Positions 26,599-34,920 of a stretch of 50,467 nt of DNA are shown here, one piece after another. Source of the stretch: Gammaproteobacteria bacterium (GTDB lineage Bacteria > Pseudomonadota > Gammaproteobacteria > Eutrophobiales > Eutrophobiaceae); assembly GCA_047618295.1 (NCBI GenBank), contig JBLHKL010000001.1, positions 1 through 50,467 on the forward strand, written 5' to 3'. The notes below the pieces were generated by a model that saw only the letters and a program-made list of their open reading frames with translations, was not told the origin of the DNA and made no database searches. Position numbers and translations under genes: made by a program. Numbering within the stretch: the stretch's first letter is position 1; each line of letters starts with the position of its first letter.

Positions 26599-27981
26599 TT
26601 ATTCTGTAACTGACAACATTTCATCAATATAGGTGTATTTCTCTCTAGGTTTCCCTTTGGGTTCTCCACGCTCAATTTCTTTAGCGTCTATCTTCTTCCA
26701 ATCATCATAACTCACATGATGAATGTTCTTACTTTCTAAAACTGTAAATATCGCGTTAGCACCTGATTTCTTACTACCATCATCCAACTTTGTTAGATCT
26801 TGTATTAGACAAGCAACGGTTTCAACACTGCAAGCTCGATTTGTGCCAATTATGCCACTAGGCCCACGTTTAATCCAACCCGCGGTATAAAATTGTGGAA
26901 CGATATTGTTATCATTATCAGTAACCCTGCCTTTTTCATTAGGGATGGTGCCCCAACTTTCATGAAATGGCACTCCCGCAATGGGGACACCTCGATAGCC
27001 GATGCTCCGAAACAAAATACCACTTTCAAGTTCTATTGTTTCTCCTGTACCTCTGGCAGATTGTTTAAAAGGTTCTCCGGATAAGCCATTTTTTTCAAGC
27101 ACGACTTTTTCTAATCTAGAATCGCCAACTAGTTCTTTGGGGCCCATTAAAAATCTGAAAAAACATTTTTTTGATTTACTACTGTCAATATCACGTTTAG
27201 AAAAATCGCAAAATAGATCGTAGATTTTTTTACTGGCGACATTACTTTTTTCTTCTAATTCTTTTTCGCTTTCTGGATTAAGGATAATATCTTCTGGAAG
27301 CACGATAGGGCTGCAATCTGCTAGTTCACCAAATTCACGTAACTCTTTAGGTGTCAATTTAGCTTGTGCAGGTCCACGTCTGCCAATGACATGTATTTCC
27401 TTTATCTTACTTTCAGCAAGTGTGTCTAGTGCGTGTTGTGCGATATCAGTATGCTTTAATTCATCGACAGTTTTAGACAATATTCTACTGACATCAGCAG
27501 CAACATTTCCTTGTCCGATAATGACTGCGACATCATGCGAAAGATCAAATTCACGATCACGATAGTCAGGGTGGCCATTATACCAACCGACAAATTCTGT
27601 AGCCGTATAACTGCCTTTTAAATCTTCACCAGGGACACCTAACTTACGGTCTGACTCTGCGCCGCAAGTAAAGATAACAGCGTGATGAGATTCACATAAC
27701 TCGTTAACGGTAATATCTGTTCCGACTGTTACATTGGCTATCAAATTGAAATCGGGTGATGCAGCAATTTTTTCATATAGCTTGATTGCTTGTTTCAATT
27801 TTTGATGATCTGGCGCAACACCGCTTCGGACTAGACCGAATGGAGAAGGTAAGCGTTCGAGTATATCTACCTTAATTGTGATATCAGATTTAAGCAGGGC
27901 CTCTGCGGCATAAAAACCACTGGGGCCGCTGCCAACGATGGCGACTAATAGTGGGTTTTGTTCAGTTCCAAGTGATGACAT
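26599..27981 (-). CDS. FprA/adrenodoxin-reductase-type NADPH:ferredoxin oxidoreductase
   Basis: VAIVGSGPSGFYAAEALL FAD motif, GLVRSGVAPDH, FVGWYNGHP, IIGQGNVAADVSRIL NADP motif, GWIKRGPSGIIGTN: collinear with Mycobacterium FprA (about 456 aa). Confidence 0.85.
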   Translation of the reverse strand: MSSLGTEQNPLLVAIVGSGPSGFYAAEALLKSDITIKVDILERLPSPFGLVRSGVAPDHQKLKQAIKLYEKIAASPDFNLIANVTVGTDITVNELCESHHAVIFTCGAESDRKLGVPGEDLKGSYTATEFVGWYNGHPDYRDREFDLSHDVAVIIGQGNVAADVSRILSKTVDELKHTDIAQHALDTLAESKIKEIHVIGRRGPAQAKLTPKELREFGELADCSPIVLPEDIILNPESEKELEEKSNVASKKIYDLFCDFSKRDIDSSKSKKCFFRFLMGPKELVGDSRLEKVVLEKNGLSGEPFKQSARGTGETIELESGILFRSIGYRGVPIAGVPFHESWGTIPNEKGRVTDNDNNIVPQFYTAGWIKRGPSGIIGTNRACSVETVACLIQDLTKLDDGSKKSGANAIFTVLESKNIHHVSYDDWKKIDAKEIERGEPKGKPREKYTYIDEMLSVTE

Positions 27982-27989
27982 TATAAGAA

Positions 27990-28295
27990 TTAAAAGCCTA
28001 ATTCGGACTTACGCTCTTCAGCGCCGGGCAGAGGATCCATTTGTTCTTCACAAACTGGCAGGTCAGGTGCTTTTTCAGCATTGATCTCAATCCATTTTTC
28101 TTGATCTTCCGGGATATCATCTCCTTCAAAGATGGCCTGGACAGGACATTCTGGTATGCATGCACTGCAGTCAATACAAACATCCGGGTCGATATACAGC
28201 ATTTCATCATCATAATGAAAGCAGGCGACAGGACAGACTGTTACACAATCAGTAAAACGGCAGCTTTTACAGTTCTCAGTTACGATTGTTGTCAT
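27990..28295 (-). CDS. fdxA: 7Fe-type ferredoxin (Azotobacter FdI / FdxA family)
   Basis: Cys spacing CxxCxxxxCxxxCP ... CxxCxxCxxxCP (ENCKSCRFTDCVTVCP; CIDCSACIPECP), and overall collinearity with A. vinelandii FdI including the PEDQEKWIEINAE tail. 8-nt gap to the reductase gene. Confidence 0.88.
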   Translation of the reverse strand: MTTIVTENCKSCRFTDCVTVCPVACFHYDDEMLYIDPDVCIDCSACIPECPVQAIFEGDDIPEDQEKWIEINAEKAPDLPVCEEQMDPLPGAEERKSELGF

Positions 28296-28352
28296 CGTTT
28301 CCTCCTTTAGCCATTAAAGGCATTTCTTTTAGTGATAAATATTAATTTTGTG

Positions 28353-29165
28353 TTACTTACCCGCGTACAATAAAATTTCACCTCGGTTTAATTCAATCGA
28401 GTCTCCGCACCAACGTTCGAAGGGGCTATTCATTAATGAATCACTGATTGTGAGTCCAAGTGATTGTAAATATTTAAAATAGTGACGAAGAAATAAAGGT
28501 TGATAATCACAACTTTTACTAAAAGTTGGCAATAGCTCAGTTTTAGTCTGACAAATGATTGAACCGCGTTTCATTCCCGCACCAGGACGAATACCCATCT
28601 CTCCAAGTACAATAATTGTACCAGCGAGCATGTTTACACCCGTAAAGTCACCTGAGTTGCCACCGACGACAATTAAGCCACGTCGCATAACATGGCCGGT
28701 TTCATTTTTTACATTGCCATGCACAATGATTTCTCCACCTTGCATACCAATAGTACTGCCGCGGTAACCACTACCGACCATGTGGCCTGCATTACCTTTA
28801 ATGGTAATCTTGCCACCAAGCATTTCCGGACCTACCCAATCAGAGGCATCACCCTCGATGATTATTTCACCTCCACTCATGGCAGCACCGGTATGGACAC
28901 CGACATTACCTGAGACAGTGATTTTTCCAAAGGACATGGACGAAGCTATGTGCTTTACATCTACTAAATCACCTTCAATATTTATCTCACCATCAAATTC
29001 ACCACTACATTCAAAGAAATCTTTGAGTGGAACTTGGCGGTTACCATGAAATACGGTTAGGTTTTCTATTTCAGTTGTACTGAGTGATTGCATTCGGTCG
29101 GGACAAATACAGTCCGCTTCCAAAGGTACTTCGGGTTTAGTATGTAGTTTTAATTTGAGAGCCAT
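28353..29165 (-). CDS. fwdC: Formylmethanofuran dehydrogenase subunit C homologue (second copy)
   Basis: The same Gly-rich beta-helix repeats (GNVGVHTGAAMSGG, GDASDWVGPEMLGG, GNAGHMVGSGYRG, GNSGDFTGVNMLAG). Clearly diverged from the 21757..22581 copy. Confidence 0.85.
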   Translation of the reverse strand: MALKLKLHTKPEVPLEADCICPDRMQSLSTTEIENLTVFHGNRQVPLKDFFECSGEFDGEINIEGDLVDVKHIASSMSFGKITVSGNVGVHTGAAMSGGEIIIEGDASDWVGPEMLGGKITIKGNAGHMVGSGYRGSTIGMQGGEIIVHGNVKNETGHVMRRGLIVVGGNSGDFTGVNMLAGTIIVLGEMGIRPGAGMKRGSIICQTKTELLPTFSKSCDYQPLFLRHYFKYLQSLGLTISDSLMNSPFERWCGDSIELNRGEILLYAGK

Positions 29166-29168
29166 TCG

Positions 29169-30080
29169 TTAAGTTTCCCCACTCCAATCTTTCGAGGCCA
29201 AGAGCTGATGTAAATGCATATGATATTGACCAAGCCCACCACCATAATTACCCGCTGATATTTTCTTAATGCCAGGTTTAGCTGCAGCGATTGCGCCAAC
29301 ACGCATCGCTTGTTCTACTGCCTCTAGTGTTAAACCATCGATAACGATTTCAAGAACACTATTAATACCATCATCTAGCTCAGAGTTTTCTACCACGCCA
29401 CGCAGTGTTGGGCAGTACGCATCATTTGTAGAAGCAATCAATTTTTTATATTTAGAACCGACCTTACTACCGCTGCGAACAACCCCATTAGGGAAGGGAA
29501 GGATGATGTCGGTTAATTCACGCATTGCTTTTGTCGCAGCACTTGCTGCCTTCAATGTCGCTTTTTGATCTTTACCTAAAATTAATAAATTACCACCACC
29601 GACAGATTCTTGAACATTAAACTTATCGTCAACTAGGAACTCACCATCCATGACAGGGATACGCCATAGTTTCGAACCTCCAAGTACCTTGCTGATTTGA
29701 TGACCGTCGCCAAAGTAGCGCAATTGACCACCGACGATAACAGGCAAGCCTTCGGCTAAGCCGTTATAACAAGCAGTCGTAGGACAGGTCATAACACATT
29801 GACCAATGCGTTCCATTAAACGTTTGCCCAGGCTTTCAGCATCCATGGCAAAGATTAAAACGCTTACTCCCGGTCTTAGATCAGGAGAGTCCTTAGCATC
29901 AATAATAGCTTCTATTCCAGCTTCACATTTACAACCAATGACGGAGGTTGCAAAACCAGTTATTGATTGTGCTGCCGCCATGGCCCATTCTTTTGACTCT
30001 GCAGTAATGATGACGCGACTGCCATACATCTTGAAGGCTTCGGCAAAGGTATCGACAATAGTTGTTGATTTGATCTTCAT
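29169..30080 (-). CDS. ftr: Formylmethanofuran:tetrahydromethanopterin N-formyltransferase (second copy)
   Basis: VDTFAEAFKMYGSRVIITA..., RSGSKVGSKYK, ISAGNYGGGLG blocks. Paralogous to, but diverged from, fhcD. Confidence 0.88.
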   Translation of the reverse strand: MKIKSTTIVDTFAEAFKMYGSRVIITAESKEWAMAAAQSITGFATSVIGCKCEAGIEAIIDAKDSPDLRPGVSVLIFAMDAESLGKRLMERIGQCVMTCPTTACYNGLAEGLPVIVGGQLRYFGDGHQISKVLGGSKLWRIPVMDGEFLVDDKFNVQESVGGGNLLILGKDQKATLKAASAATKAMRELTDIILPFPNGVVRSGSKVGSKYKKLIASTNDAYCPTLRGVVENSELDDGINSVLEIVIDGLTLEAVEQAMRVGAIAAAKPGIKKISAGNYGGGLGQYHMHLHQLLASKDWSGET

Positions 30081-30082
30081 AG

Positions 30083-31723
30083 CTATGCCTTTCCTGTTGC
30101 TATGATTTCATGGTCATGAAGATAGCTATCATCTACTGCATAATTAGAAAATTCGATTGAATAATAACTTTCGAAGAAGGGTTGCACGACTTCTTCAATT
30201 TTCTTGTCATATTCGGGTGTGATATGTAAGAGTTTGCCGATGAAATCAGTAATAAACTCATGATTGCCTATGATGGTATTTCCTGACTTGATGACGTAAC
30301 GCGGGGCATTAAACATCATCTCTTTATCATCCATTTCATCGTATATTGTTATATCGGCATCTGCACCAACACCTAAATGACCTTTGTTTTTTAAACCTAA
30401 GGCTCTAGCAGGACCTGCTCTTGTAATAATAGCGATTTCGTTCAAGGTAAATTCACGATCTAAATCGCGCAGTGAACAATTCTCCAATGCGCTTTGATTG
30501 ACGCGTTTCATTTCTTCATGACGGAATGCCTTATCCATCAGCAGTTTAATGAGCTTGGGATAATTCATGAACGAGCCGCCGTTAGGGTGGTCTGTCGATA
30601 AAACCACTCGCCAAGGATCTTTTGCCATTAAGAATATTTCAAGACCAATTGCCCACTGCAGGGTGTGCATATAAATGTGTTCTTGATAGTTGAAAGGGAG
30701 GATCCCGCAGCCACTTTCACATTCTGTATCTGCATTAACCCATTTGCCTTTGGTATGCCCCTTTAAAACATAAGCCAATGGTGCATCAGCTGTCATGATA
30801 GTCGACTTACCAAACATAACCTGACCGACATCACAGGTGATGTTCGGATGGTTATCAACGTACTCAACAATTTCCGCAGCTTTAGAAATCGGTTGCTTGC
30901 CCAGTTCGCCGCCATAACTATGAAACTGGATATGGGCAATATGGGCGCGCATATCCCCGGCTGTTTTCATTGTTTCCAGTGTGGTTTTATAGTTGCCACT
31001 ATGACCCAGGTTGTTGCAGTGGATATGCGGTGGGTGAGGAAAGCCTTGTTTGTCAACGGACGTTATAAACGCTTCAATAATTTGGCGTGGCGTCAGGCCT
31101 TCATCTGTTTTTTCATCGATGTCAGAGACATTTGAGTTTTTCTTACCTTTCCAGGGTTCATCACCACCGGGATTAACTAATTTTACCGTATAAGCCTTTG
31201 TTGCATTGATCCACCAGGCCACGGCCTGATCAAACTCTTCCATACGCTTTTCACGCAGTAGATTCTGCAGGAATATATTTTCGCCAAGTAAGACATAAAA
31301 ACCTTTGTCAATGACAGGAGTATCGTGAAATTCTTCAAGCGTGTGTCTCGCACCAATGGGAGTTACAGCTGCTTCCATTGCTGTTGTGTAACCCAAGGTT
31401 GCATAGCGATACCCGGTAGCAAATGTAGAGGGAACTGTGCCGCCTGTACCTGACCGTGTGAAGGGTGTTCCGGGATGCACATCATGACGATGATCTTCAG
31501 GCTGAAGTTTTCTTGCTACGTTTACTTTGGGGCCAGCAATGTGGCAATGGATGTCAACACCACCCGGCATAATGACCATGCCTTGTGCGTCAATAACGGT
31601 TGCATCTTCAGGAACAGAATCGACTATTCTGCCGTCCTGAATGCAGATTTCTTTTATCTTGCCATCTATATTATTGGCAGGGTCATAGACTTTGCCATTT
31701 ACGATGCGCATAACTGCTGACAT
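30083..31723 (-). CDS. fwdA: Formylmethanofuran dehydrogenase subunit A (amidohydrolase; second copy)
   Basis: GVDIHCHIAG, HIHCNNLG, HIAHIQFHSYG, STDHPNG blocks. The track start is a GTG at 31726; the ATG at 31723 has better spacing to the AGGGG RBS. Confidence 0.88.
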   Translation of the reverse strand: MSAVMRIVNGKVYDPANNIDGKIKEICIQDGRIVDSVPEDATVIDAQGMVIMPGGVDIHCHIAGPKVNVARKLQPEDHRHDVHPGTPFTRSGTGGTVPSTFATGYRYATLGYTTAMEAAVTPIGARHTLEEFHDTPVIDKGFYVLLGENIFLQNLLREKRMEEFDQAVAWWINATKAYTVKLVNPGGDEPWKGKKNSNVSDIDEKTDEGLTPRQIIEAFITSVDKQGFPHPPHIHCNNLGHSGNYKTTLETMKTAGDMRAHIAHIQFHSYGGELGKQPISKAAEIVEYVDNHPNITCDVGQVMFGKSTIMTADAPLAYVLKGHTKGKWVNADTECESGCGILPFNYQEHIYMHTLQWAIGLEIFLMAKDPWRVVLSTDHPNGGSFMNYPKLIKLLMDKAFRHEEMKRVNQSALENCSLRDLDREFTLNEIAIITRAGPARALGLKNKGHLGVGADADITIYDEMDDKEMMFNAPRYVIKSGNTIIGNHEFITDFIGKLLHITPEYDKKIEEVVQPFFESYYSIEFSNYAVDDSYLHDHEIIATGKA

Positions 31724-31945
31724 CACATACCCCTAAATATTATCGTTATATTTTAATGAGTAATTTTACGACGGCAGCAACCTGCAATTTTTTAATCAAA
31801 ATACTATTAGTTATTAAAACAAATAACAGTTTATATTAATGATTAGTACTTATTTTCTCGTAAATGGTCTCAATTTATTTCTAAAAATTACACTACAAAA
31901 ACACTATAGTTTATGCAGGACTAAAATTAAAGTGACGCTTGCCTT

Positions 31946-33307
31946 TTAAATAGGGGCAGCCACTTTTACTGCGCCGCTAGCACCACTTGCATAGTGTTTA
32001 GCTAACATTAATTCATTCACTCTTTTATTTATACCCTTTAAAATCGTTTCGTCATCTGGAAACGGAGATTCAAATGCCGGACGCAAGGTTATCGGCACAT
32101 TATCCATTCTGTATACGGTTCCAGTTGTATTGATACCGTAGGTAGAAGTGCGGAACGCGACATGTGCATCTTTACTGGTTTCAGTACATTTAGTGTCGAG
32201 CACAACTATGGGAATATTTTTTAAATGTGCAATCGCTTTCTTGGGAAAATTAGATGCGGGGTCACTTGCAATGAACATTGCTGCATCGGCATGGCCATTT
32301 GCCAAGGTGTCGACTGTCGTGAATTCACCTGGATTAAAACGGGGATAACCACGACTAAAATTAACGCCAAAGGGATAACCTGTCTGCCAAGAGACAACAT
32401 TGTCAGCACCAGTGACATTGCCGTGACCACGCACGGGCATGGCAACAAAATGAGTGAATTCGTTTAGATCAGTTGCCAGAGCGAGTAGGGCGCCTGAGTT
32501 GAAATGGCGACCACGTGTCATGGTCAGGCCCATACCAAAGAAGAGCACACCAAATCGGCAGTTCTTCATGCGGTCGCTTAGATCTTGTAACACTTCCAGA
32601 GGAACACCGGTACGTTCTTCAATGTCATCTGATAATTTTTTACCTTTGACCAATGCGCGTAAAGCCCATAAAACTTCAAAATCTTTCCCTGGTTTCGGTC
32701 GAATCAGGATGTCGGCAACGGGAGAGCTTTTTGTCTTGCGCACATCAATAAGTACTATTGTGCGATCTTTTTTACCGCGAGGGGTAAACATGCCTTTCGG
32801 AGTTACGGCGTAACGACCAAAATGACGGGGATGCGATTCAGCAGGGTTACCACCCCAATAGATAACTAAATCAGCTCTATTTTTAACTTCGCCCAAAGTA
32901 CTGGTACTTTCGCCCACACCTTGGAATGCCAGGCCGGATGGGCCATGACAGACAGAAGTTGTGGTATCGATGTTGCCTTTGATTCTATCCGTGATTGCAA
33001 CAGCTTGGCGTTGAGCTTCGCATGTTGTATCACTCAGGCCATAGGTAATGGGAAATTTTGCTTTGGTTAGTGTTTGTGCTGCTTCTTCTATGGCTTCTTC
33101 GACTGAGACTTCTTTGCCATCAATCATCGCTGCTGGAGCGCCTTCTTCTATCGTATGTTCCGCGAACCATGCACGCCCGAGAACGCAGGCATTTTTAGAT
33201 TTTATGATTTTCTTCTCGTCGAGATCGACAGTTAGAATCATGTCATCGCAGACACAGCCGCAAAAGGTGCACGTTGCATTTTCAATGATCTTGGTATTTT
33301 CGGTCAT
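31946..33307 (-). CDS. fwdB: Formylmethanofuran dehydrogenase subunit B, archaeal-like with intact pterin active-site residues
   Basis: N-terminal Cys cluster (CTFCGCVCDD...NACV). DTTTSVCHGPSG with Cys120-His121 (codons 32945..32950). GEVKNRADLVIYWGGNP..HPRH. MPVRGHGNVTG (Arg293). WQTGYPFGVNF. From memory, closely collinear with Methanothermobacter FwdB. Confidence 0.85.
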   Translation of the reverse strand: MTENTKIIENATCTFCGCVCDDMILTVDLDEKKIIKSKNACVLGRAWFAEHTIEEGAPAAMIDGKEVSVEEAIEEAAQTLTKAKFPITYGLSDTTCEAQRQAVAITDRIKGNIDTTTSVCHGPSGLAFQGVGESTSTLGEVKNRADLVIYWGGNPAESHPRHFGRYAVTPKGMFTPRGKKDRTIVLIDVRKTKSSPVADILIRPKPGKDFEVLWALRALVKGKKLSDDIEERTGVPLEVLQDLSDRMKNCRFGVLFFGMGLTMTRGRHFNSGALLALATDLNEFTHFVAMPVRGHGNVTGADNVVSWQTGYPFGVNFSRGYPRFNPGEFTTVDTLANGHADAAMFIASDPASNFPKKAIAHLKNIPIVVLDTKCTETSKDAHVAFRTSTYGINTTGTVYRMDNVPITLRPAFESPFPDDETILKGINKRVNELMLAKHYASGASGAVKVAAPI

Positions 33308-33346
33308 AGTAACTATTACACCTAAATCGAAAAATATATTGTTAGT

Positions 33347-33694
33347 TTAAGTTGTGATTTTCTCAATTTCAACTTCCATGTGCTTAGATAATGGCATACC
33401 AGAGCCTGCCGTGTCACTAGCCATTAATTCGCTTGAAGGTGGTCCATAAGGAATAAACAACATGCCATCGGGTAAATCCTCTGGTTTTTTACCAATACAA
33501 GTTACTGTTGTTTCACCAATTTCATTGCTGAGACGAACTTTATCGCCATCGACAAGCCCCCTTTTTGCCATTTCATCTGTATTCATTTCCAGAGTTGATG
33601 TGACTTGTTTGTATTCCTCCTTGAGTTTGCCTATGTTTAGGCTCGTTCCCTGTTTAGCAGAACGACCTGGAATTAGGATCATCTTTTCTGACAC
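33347..33694 (-). CDS. fwdD: Formylmethanofuran dehydrogenase subunit D (molybdopterin-dinucleotide-binding barrel)
   Basis: 115 aa. Pattern ...GR..KQG......K.EY......L.MN..DM.K.GL.DGDKV.L....GE..V.......P.GM.FIPYGP....L....T.GSGMP..K...VE.E matches archaeal FwdD/FmdD. GTG start 6 nt after an AAGGAG RBS. Confidence 0.8.
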   Translation of the reverse strand: MSEKMILIPGRSAKQGTSLNIGKLKEEYKQVTSTLEMNTDEMAKRGLVDGDKVRLSNEIGETTVTCIGKKPEDLPDGMLFIPYGPPSSELMASDTAGSGMPLSKHMEVEIEKITT

Positions 33695-33722
33695 ATTTTT
33701 CTCCTTGTTTGTTTCTCGCCTG

Positions 33723-33752
33723 ATTATAGTCTGGAGTATTGCATAAGGACAA
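33723..33752 (-). promoter_or_regulatory. Candidate sigma70 promoter for fwdD-fwdB
   Basis: On the minus strand: TTGTCC (33752..33747), an 18-nt spacer, then a perfect TATAAT (33728..33723), about 30 nt upstream of the fwdD start. Pattern match only. Confidence 0.35.
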
Positions 33753-33868
33753 ACAGATGCGCTATATGACTAATTTCTTAGGCAGAACGCTGTTTCAGCG
33801 CTGTCGCATACAGTACAATAGATCGTTTTGCATAATTCAAAATTGGATACAAGAATTTCCGAATAACA

Positions 33869-34897
33869 ATGGATAATAAACAATCAATAAGCAAATCGAG
33901 GCAGGTGAGTGTTAATGCACCTGCTAGATTACATCTAGGGTTTCTCGATCTGCATGGGGGACTTGGAAGAAAATTTGGTAGTTTGGGGCTGTCTATTAAG
34001 GATGTTGAAACCTCGCTCACAGCAGAATATGCCGACGATATTGACGTGACTGGTCCTTCCGCTAAACGAGCAGAGGATTATGCGGAACAAGTATTGTCCC
34101 ATTTTGGGATTAATGGCGGGGTTAAAATGACGATTAAGTCTGCTATACCTGAACACTCCGGCTTAGGTTCAGGGACGCAATTGTCATTAGCTGTAGCTTC
34201 GGCTATCTCCAACTTATACGAATTATCTGAACAACACCCCAATCGACTTGCTGCGGTCTTACATCGAGGGGCTCGTTCAGGGATCGGTATTGGCACCTTT
34301 ATGCATGGCGGGTTTATAATCGATGGTGGTCGAGGAGAGAATACTGACGTTCCCCCGGTTATCAGTCATATGTCTTTTCCGGACAATTGGCGGATCGTAT
34401 TAATATTTGATGATGCAGCAGAAGGTATTAATGGCGTGCCAGAACGACGAGCGTTTAATACCTTGCCGCCAATGGATGATGTAATGTCAGGTTTGCTATG
34501 CAGATTGACATTGATGCAAGTGTTGCCGGCTATTAGAGAAAAAGATTGTAAACAATTTGGGGAAGCAATTACTCAGATTCAAAATATTGTTGGCGACTAT
34601 TTTGCTGTTGCTCAGGGAGGCCGTTATACCTCGCCTTTTCTTAAGCCTATTCTTGACTCTATGAAGAACAGCGGCGCGACTGGGATGGGACAAAGTTCCT
34701 GGGGGCCAACCGGCTTTGCATTTTTCCCTGATGAGACACTGGCATTTCAAGCAATGAAAAAAGTTCGTGAGGAGTGGCAATCAGAATCAAGACTACGTTT
34801 TGTCATGAGTGAGGCCTGTAATTCCAAAGCAAAAATTATATTAAATGATCTGAACACACCAACACAAAACGAAAACTTGAAAGTAACAAATTTATAA
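33869..34897 (+). CDS. mptG: Beta-ribofuranosylaminobenzene 5'-phosphate (RFAP) synthase, first committed step of H4MPT biosynthesis
   Basis: GHMP-kinase-like fold with the characteristic N-terminus VNAPARLHLGFLDLHGGLGRKFGSLG and the PEHSGLGSGTQL motif. Divergent from fwdD. Confidence 0.85.
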   Translation: MDNKQSISKSRQVSVNAPARLHLGFLDLHGGLGRKFGSLGLSIKDVETSLTAEYADDIDVTGPSAKRAEDYAEQVLSHFGINGGVKMTIKSAIPEHSGLGSGTQLSLAVASAISNLYELSEQHPNRLAAVLHRGARSGIGIGTFMHGGFIIDGGRGENTDVPPVISHMSFPDNWRIVLIFDDAAEGINGVPERRAFNTLPPMDDVMSGLLCRLTLMQVLPAIREKDCKQFGEAITQIQNIVGDYFAVAQGGRYTSPFLKPILDSMKNSGATGMGQSSWGPTGFAFFPDETLAFQAMKKVREEWQSESRLRFVMSEACNSKAKIILNDLNTPTQNENLKVTNL

Positions 34898-34920
34898 CTT
34901 GAAGAGAGAACTATAAGAAA

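Noticed and set aside
21757-33694. Two Fhc/Fwd clusters as a recent tandem duplication or assembly artefact
   Set aside because: The paralogues differ at most positions at protein level, with no extended nucleotide identity visible. Gene content differs (fwdD, the active-site residues and the fdxA-fpr pair occur only on one side). They are old, functionally diverged paralogues.
33695-33868. Moco (molybdenum cofactor) riboswitch upstream of fwdD
   Set aside because: The candidate promoter leaves only about 30 nt of leader. The 174-bp divergent region shows no extended conserved-looking helices. No support without a covariance-model scan.
33778-34020. 80-aa minus-strand ORF in the fwdD/mptG divergent region
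   Set aside because: Overlaps the motif-bearing N-terminus of mptG on the opposite strand and the candidate promoter region. No support.
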